Assembly: GCF_006345805.1 (NCBI RefSeq)
Contig: NC_043018.1
Span: 11,718,001-11,782,000, forward strand
DNA: 64,000 bases
Source: Octopus sinensis
Lineage: Eukaryota
Reading direction: 5' to 3'
Below, piece after piece: positions 59,001 through 64,000 of this stretch. The notes under the pieces are model-generated. The model was not told the origin of the DNA and searched no databases. It saw nothing but the letters and a program-made list of their open reading frames with translations. Numbering within the stretch: position 1 is the first letter of the stretch; every line of letters begins with the position of its first letter. A program made the position numbers and the translations under genes.

Positions 59001-61759
59001 ACATATTTAAACACTTCGAGTTTGCTATATGCAATAAAACATTCTTAAATAAAGAAGAGGTAATTGTAGCATTCAAACAGTTTATCAGCGTAAAAGATGA
59101 CAAATTCTTTGAAGATGTAGTGTGAAAGGGAGATAACTACGCTGAGATAGCCATGTGATGTGTCTGGATGAGGCCAGCTACGTGAAGAAGTAGAAGCGTC
59201 ACACCGTAACGGTGCAGGGAAGAGGTAGAGCCAGGAAGAATTAGGATGAGGTGGTGAAGCACGACCTTCAAACGTTGGGCTGCTCAGAGGCAATGGCAAG
59301 CCAAGTGAAATTGTAGTCATCGCCAATGCCAGTGTCACCATTCGAGAAGATACTTGCCTAAGGTGTCATGCAGTGGAACTGAAACTGGAACCATGTGGTT
59401 GGGAAGAAAGCTTCTTACCACACAGCCACGCCTGCACCTATGTATTTCTATTTCAGAATGATGTGTTCAAATCACTAGGTTTTATAGGTTTGTATTTGAA
59501 TACATTAAATGTACACTTAATAAAGGACTCAATAATGGGTGTAGAGTAAAATATTTATTAAATATATAGATAAAAGATCATGAATAAACAAGATGTATTC
59601 TATGTATAGTTTAGAAGAGGTAGTGGAATAACTTACTCTGTATGCTGTTAAAATATCCAGAAATATTGCCAGATGTTCCACAACCATTTCCTCCTCATCA
59701 GCAGCCTAAAATTCAAAGACAATATACACAGTTTATATATATACACACACACACTCATGATACACTTTTATTTGAACTAATGTAAGTTGGTTGTCTAGCC
59801 CACCCCACATGTCAACTTTATGTAAACCTATCATCCTACGATCAAAGACACGTGTGACCAGACTTACCTTTTACTTGTTTCAGTCATTAGACTGCGGTCA
59901 TGCTGGGGCACCACCTTAAACTGTCTATATTTTTTTAGACAATGTATCTAAGACTACATTATTGAATGTGTTTTTTTTTATTTAAGAAGATAAAATGATT
60001 TGAGATTTGACAACTATTTCTAGCAGGTTAAGCAACCACATAGATGCATCCTTACTGATTTGTTATTGCTGCTGTTTAGCCCCCAAGTCAGTTCTCATCA
60101 TTCTATCTTTTATCGATTAGGGCTACATGTGCTAACAGTGTGCCAAAGGGGTGTCTTGGATTTTTAAAAATGTAACTGAAAGATTTCGAAAATCTATGCA
60201 AATGTTGAAGTGTCTCAAACAATTTGCTACAATTTTGTTAATAAAGTGAGAAGCGATTGTTTTCTATATTTTCTCTAAATCTAACTTTAAACAATATTTT
60301 TGTTCTTTACTTGCCATGTGAAGTACACCAGTAATGATACCAACCCACCTGGGACTGACCCTCAGTTCTATGATACAAGCTTTCTGTTTTAAAATGATCG
60401 AGATTAAAACCTTCCAGCAAGATTTCATCTTGTTTAAAACACCAGATTAATTAATTACAAAGTTCATTAGTTTCAAAATTAACTGAAACAAAAGCAGAAA
60501 TAAGGAACGGGTTTAGTCTTCTGTTTGCTGCAAAGTCAGAAGGACTGGAATCCCTGTAGCACAATGCGGTTTGAAGGTGATGTAGGTGCTATTTTAGCAG
60601 GTCAACCAACTACATAAACACTCCCCTCACTAACTAAGCATAGTTGTGGTGCTGGGTGCCGTTGCTGTTGGTTGGTCCTTACCTCTTGAGTACTTTTGTC
60701 AGCAACAGCAGCAAATTCAAGGGAAAGATTCTTAAAGACACATTTCAGCTTTGGCCACGATGAACTTGTACCTGTGGTCCATGTTGTTAGACAGGTTGTG
60801 TCCGTACCAATTGTCCTGGAATGGAAATGATCATAAAAATAGACGAATAAGGGTCAATCAGAAACATTTGTGGAGTAGGAAGATACAAGAGAAAGTAGAG
60901 TTCAGATATGGAAGATGTTCAGGAGCCATAAAGACTGGACACTTGGGGTCCCAGTGTTCATTGGATATATTAAATGATTTCTGCTACCTAGGGGACTAAA
61001 TTAGTAGTGAGGGAGGAAGCACAGAGAGTACAGCAGCTAGAATAAAAATAGGATGGAGGGAATTCAGGGAGCTTTTACCTCTGTTGGCAACCAAAGGTTT
61101 CTCTCTCCCAGTGAAAGGAAGGTTGTATGATGCATATATACAGACAGCAATTCTACATGGGAGTGAGATGTGGGCTCTGAATGTGGAGGACACATGAAGG
61201 TTATAGAGGAATGAGGCTAGTATGCTGTGTTGGATGTGTAATGTAAGTGTACATGTTTGACAGAGTATTTAGTGTATTGGGAGAGAGAGAAGTTAGGCAT
61301 AAAGGGAATTAGATGCAGCATGTAAGAGAGGAGACTGTGCTGGTTTGGTCATGTGATGTGGATGGATGCTGACAGCTCTATAAAGAAGTGCTATTCACTC
61401 AAAGTAGATGAAGCACATGGAAGAGAGACATGGGATGAAGTACAGAAGGACACCTCAGTACGCTGTACCTTTCAGATGAGAAGACTGGTACTCTGCAGTA
61501 GAAGTGTTAAAGCTGGTTCACATATGGCCAAGAGATGGTCCCAGCAAAGTTGACAATGAAAGGAGAAAAGGGTTAGTTTCCATTAAGATGTTATTCACCT
61601 TAATTCTTTCCCAAACTGGAGCATATCACTAGCGTAAGCTGTAGACTGGCTGACAAGTCGTTCAGAAATATCTTTTAATTTCGTTACACTGTTATATAAA
61701 GCTTTTATGTGTTCTTTACTGTTTGCTAACTGACTTTGGGTGTCCCTGGGAACCAGATC
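47233..61759 (-). CDS. SNX8: Sorting nexin 8, 3' part (BAR domain): 7 exons; 5' exons probably lie beyond 64000
   Basis: Join 61759-61599, 60815-60683, 59705-59637, 57917-57807, 55627-55589, 53839-53690, 47358-47233. All introns GT-AG and in phase. Motifs [58 protein letters not shown] and SKVW match SNX8 as I recall it. Confidence 0.93.
47872..48070 (+). mobile_element. RTE 3' tail
   Basis: Same tail motif, ending (ATG)n. Confidence 0.8.
48070..49366. repeat. Compound TA/CATA/TACG microsatellite tract containing the assembly gap
   Basis: Read directly. Confidence 0.9.
48158..48257. other. Assembly gap (100 N)
   Basis: Run of 100 N. Confidence 0.99.
49367..50997 (-). mobile_element. 5'-truncated RTE (ORF C-terminus plus 3' UTR) carrying an expanded internal VNTR
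   Basis: ORF 50517..50828 reads [11 protein letters not shown]...DRDLWKYAV; (CAT)n tail at 49367. Confidence 0.9.
49540..50445 (-). repeat. GC/CpG-rich VNTR of ~61-bp monomers with a 122-bp dimeric higher-order period
   Basis: GGATGGTGCTTTTACGTGCCACC recurs at 49728, 49850, 49972 and 50094 (spacing 122), alternating with the GGACGGTGCTTTTACGTGTCACC monomer. Confidence 0.9.
50998..52518. repeat. ~1.5-kb (TA)/(CATA) low-complexity tract
   Basis: Read directly. Confidence 0.9.
52521..52900 (+). mobile_element. Mariner left end plus deleted transposase N-terminus
   Basis: TA|TGAGGGGTCTGATCAATAAGTATCCGGA TIR; MTEK start. Confidence 0.75.
53690..53839 (-). CDS. SNX8: SNX8 exon [50 protein letters not shown]
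   Basis: cttattccag| ... GAG|gttagt; 150 nt, phase 0-0. Confidence 0.95.
54441..55106. mobile_element. Rearranged mariner: two head-to-head N-terminal arms between TIRs
   Basis: TIR (T)CTGATCAATAAGTATCCGGACT at 54441 and its reverse complement ending at 55106, followed by TA. The + arm encodes [22 protein letters not shown]; the - arm encodes [19 protein letters not shown]. Confidence 0.8.
55589..55627 (-). CDS. SNX8: SNX8 39-nt exon [13 protein letters not shown]
   Basis: ttcttcaacag| ... CAA|gtaagt. Confidence 0.9.
56181..56700. mobile_element. Possible non-autonomous Helitron-like element with internal degenerate repeats
   Basis: Starts ACTAGCTGACATACCC. AATTCAAA...CTC(C/T)GAAAAGGG(T/C)TTT..TGTGTT.CCAGAG occurs twice. 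Confidence 0.3.
56770..57065 (-). mobile_element. maT/DD37D-like transposase fragment
   Basis: [18 protein letters not shown], followed by frameshifted VKPWID..FQQD-like sequence. Confidence 0.65.
57807..57917 (-). CDS. SNX8: SNX8 exon [37 protein letters not shown]
   Basis: ttgttttag| ... GAG|gtaaac. Confidence 0.95.
58109..59100 (+). mobile_element. Mariner transposon, degenerate
   Basis: TATTAGGTTG terminus; [39 protein letters not shown] and HPPY-like motifs. Confidence 0.85.
59100..59340 (+). mobile_element. RTE 3' ORF fragment
   Basis: GGTGAAGCACGACCTTCAAACGTTGGG...AAGCCAAGTGAAATTGTAGTC, the latter also found in the 145-bp satellite unit. Confidence 0.75.
59637..59705 (-). CDS. SNX8: SNX8 exon [23 protein letters not shown]
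   Basis: gaattttag| ... AGA|gtaagt; 69 nt. Confidence 0.93.
60683..60815 (-). CDS. SNX8: SNX8 exon (R)[44 protein letters not shown]
   Basis: ccattccag|G ... GAG|gtaagg; 133 nt. Confidence 0.94.
60950..61545 (+). mobile_element. RTE LINE ORF C-terminal fragment
   Basis: [32 protein letters not shown]. Confidence 0.85.
61599..61759 (-). CDS. SNX8: SNX8 exon [53 protein letters not shown](R)
   Basis: ctcttttcag| ... AG|gtgaat; 161 nt. Confidence 0.94.
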
Positions 61760-63160
61760 CTGAAAAGAGAAGCATTTCATTGTTATATGTTACGACAAGA
61801 ATATTTGAAATTTATAAATTCAAACACAAAAAAGAACAATATGTTCTTTTCTTTCTATTGGTCTGAAGGAGGTAGTTGTGTGCATTCTGTCACTGCTGAC
61901 ATTGATGCATAAACTGCACCTGGATAAAATATTTGCCCTTGCTAGAAATTCTAAGCTTCACAATTTCTGAGAGGAACTTTTTAATGGCAACCATCCATCT
62001 ACCTAAAGACGAAGCTGTTTATTTAAGATCTACACTGGATATAAGTCCTACATTAAACTACTGCTCATCCATCTGAAGTGCTGCTATTACTTCGACTACC
62101 TACACATTCTAGATGATATCTAAAATAAGGCCAACTGACCAATTGGTTAGGACTCCCTCACACCCCACTACAACAGCGTTCTCTCTGTCACTCCTACTGT
62201 GTCAATAACTGTTTCTACACTTCTGGACAAACAAGTTATATATACTCACCCAAGCCTACAAATACTCTCACCTGCCTTCTCACTTACTCCCATCATGCCC
62301 AGGGCCATTGCATGACTTTTAGAGGCCCCCTGCAACTTTTTGTTTCGAGGTCCCATCTCTTCAATCAAAATTCATAATCTATGCACCTTTTATTCATAGC
62401 TATATTTTGTTTTATTCTATCTGAAGTTCAATATTTCACGTTATCCCAAAGAACATCTTTAAAAGTACAAGTTAAAATTCATTTAGGGCTGGAACTATCG
62501 TATCATTTCATGTTTAGGAAGGCCAACATTTAATTGGGCTGAATATTTATGTGATGGACTCACAAATATCAGAAGACAAGCCTTTCAAAATAACAACTGT
62601 GAACTCCATTCTGTTCAGAAATAGCAAGTGTTGTCACTGCACTTATCGCTTAATTTCATTTCCCTGAAACTATCACAACTTATTTTTGTTTGTGCTTTTG
62701 CATTAAATAGTGATTTGTAAAAATTGAAAATCTTTAAACAGTTTAGTTCTAAAATAATAATCAAAATAATAATAACTAGCTGGACCCATGAAAAATTCAT
62801 GGAAAACATAAAAAATGTAAGCATCTTTAAATTGCGAGCTGGTGCCATGAGAACTGTTTCTATATTGTTACACTTACAGAATATAGAAAGAAGTGGTAAA
62901 ACCGATAACTAAATAATCCAACCAAAATATCTGTTATGCAAATGTAAACAGAATGACTATTTAGTACATATTCAAAGAACCTTCTTGGTTTAGCGGTATG
63001 GAATATTCTTCCGGTATTCTTTTACTTGTTTCAGTCATTTTATGTTGACCATGCTGGAGCACTGACCTTTAGTCGAAGAAATCGACCCCTGGACTTATTC
63101 CCTGTAAGCTGAGTGCTTATTCTATCAGACTCTTCTGCTGAACAGCTAAGTTACGGGGAC

Positions 63161-63191
<31 letters not shown>

Positions 63192-64000
63192 AATATATAC
63201 ATATGACGGACTTCTTTCAGTTTTCCGTCTCCCAAATTCATTCAAGAGGCTTTGGTCAACCCGAGGGTATAATAGAAGACACTCTTTAAAGTATTGAATT
63301 TCGTGTAGCCACCTGTTGGCAACTTTGGCACTCATTTTGTAGTGGGTATTACCCATTTTTCTGGGCTCTTTTCACAGCTATACCCCGTTCGAAATTTGCA
63401 TTAATTTTTGTATGAAAAGAAAAAAAAAAGGGAACAGGGCTTGTTTATTGCTTGTAGAGAAAACGTTAAATGTGCCTCAAAAAAAAAACAAAAACACAAA
63501 AAAAACATGGTCTTTCCTCCGAACTACAAGACATGAAGAACTATCAAACAAAGCAAATAAGTATCATGGGTGGGGGAAATAAGAGAGAACTGACACTCGA
63601 TCATTCTAGAACTCCCAGAATAAAAACGTTAACACATGAAAGACCTTTCTTCTATTCATTACTAAATGTCTTTCTCTCTTCTTCATTGTTAAAAGAAAAG
63701 ATCCATCATATTTCAGTCTAATTGTCTTCGTAAATGACTGATGCTTTCCTTCCTCTGTCTCTATTGCTTCACTCCTTTTCTCTTCGGTTAAGAGAGTGAA
63801 GGTGCGTGGCTCAGTTGTTAGGGGTATTTGGCCCACAATCGTAGTTTTGATATATGTGCCAAGGCCACTTTCCAAAACATCAATGCCAGTGCTCAACTGG
63901 TACAATAGGTCATTTTATTAACCTTGGAAGGATGAAAGGTAAAGTTGACAATGGCAGAATTTGAACTCAGAAAGTAAAACTGGAAGAAATTCTACCGAAC

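Noticed and set aside
61760-64000. Next upstream SNX8 exon (end of the PX domain)
   Set aside because: No open, SNX8-like exon with suitable splice sites was found; it probably lies beyond the window.

Overview
AT-rich, microsatellite- and transposon-laden animal genomic DNA. The SINE/RTE/mariner/Helitron landscape fits an octopus, but that is inference from repeat style only. Three intron-containing protein genes can be built from splice sites and reading frames: (1) a complete 10-exon nudC on + (23592-45475, 326 aa); (2) the last 7 exons of sorting nexin 8 (BAR domain) on - (61759-47233), converging on nudC with about 1.76 kb between the stop codons; (3) an unrecognised gene on - with three clean in-phase exons (9736-6570) and a candidate first exon at 18820-18781. 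The rest is repeats: many RTE LINE copies and tails (including a 2.9-kb EN/RT copy in nudC intron 8), at least three tRNA-derived SINE families, Tc1/mariner/maT remnants, a Helitron derivative, MITEs, CR1 and R4/Dong fragments, a 1.75-kb tandem duplication and a 100-N gap. The most unusual signals are: an RTE 3' end that seeds tandem arrays (a 145-bp satellite at 1-1995 and a 2x61-bp higher-order VNTR at 49.5-50.4 kb), a PHD-like C4HC3 finger just downstream of the YADD motif in the RTE ORF, a ~620-bp fold-back element, and inverted mariner arms flanking one SNX8 exon. No CRISPR array, rRNA or bona fide tRNA gene was seen.
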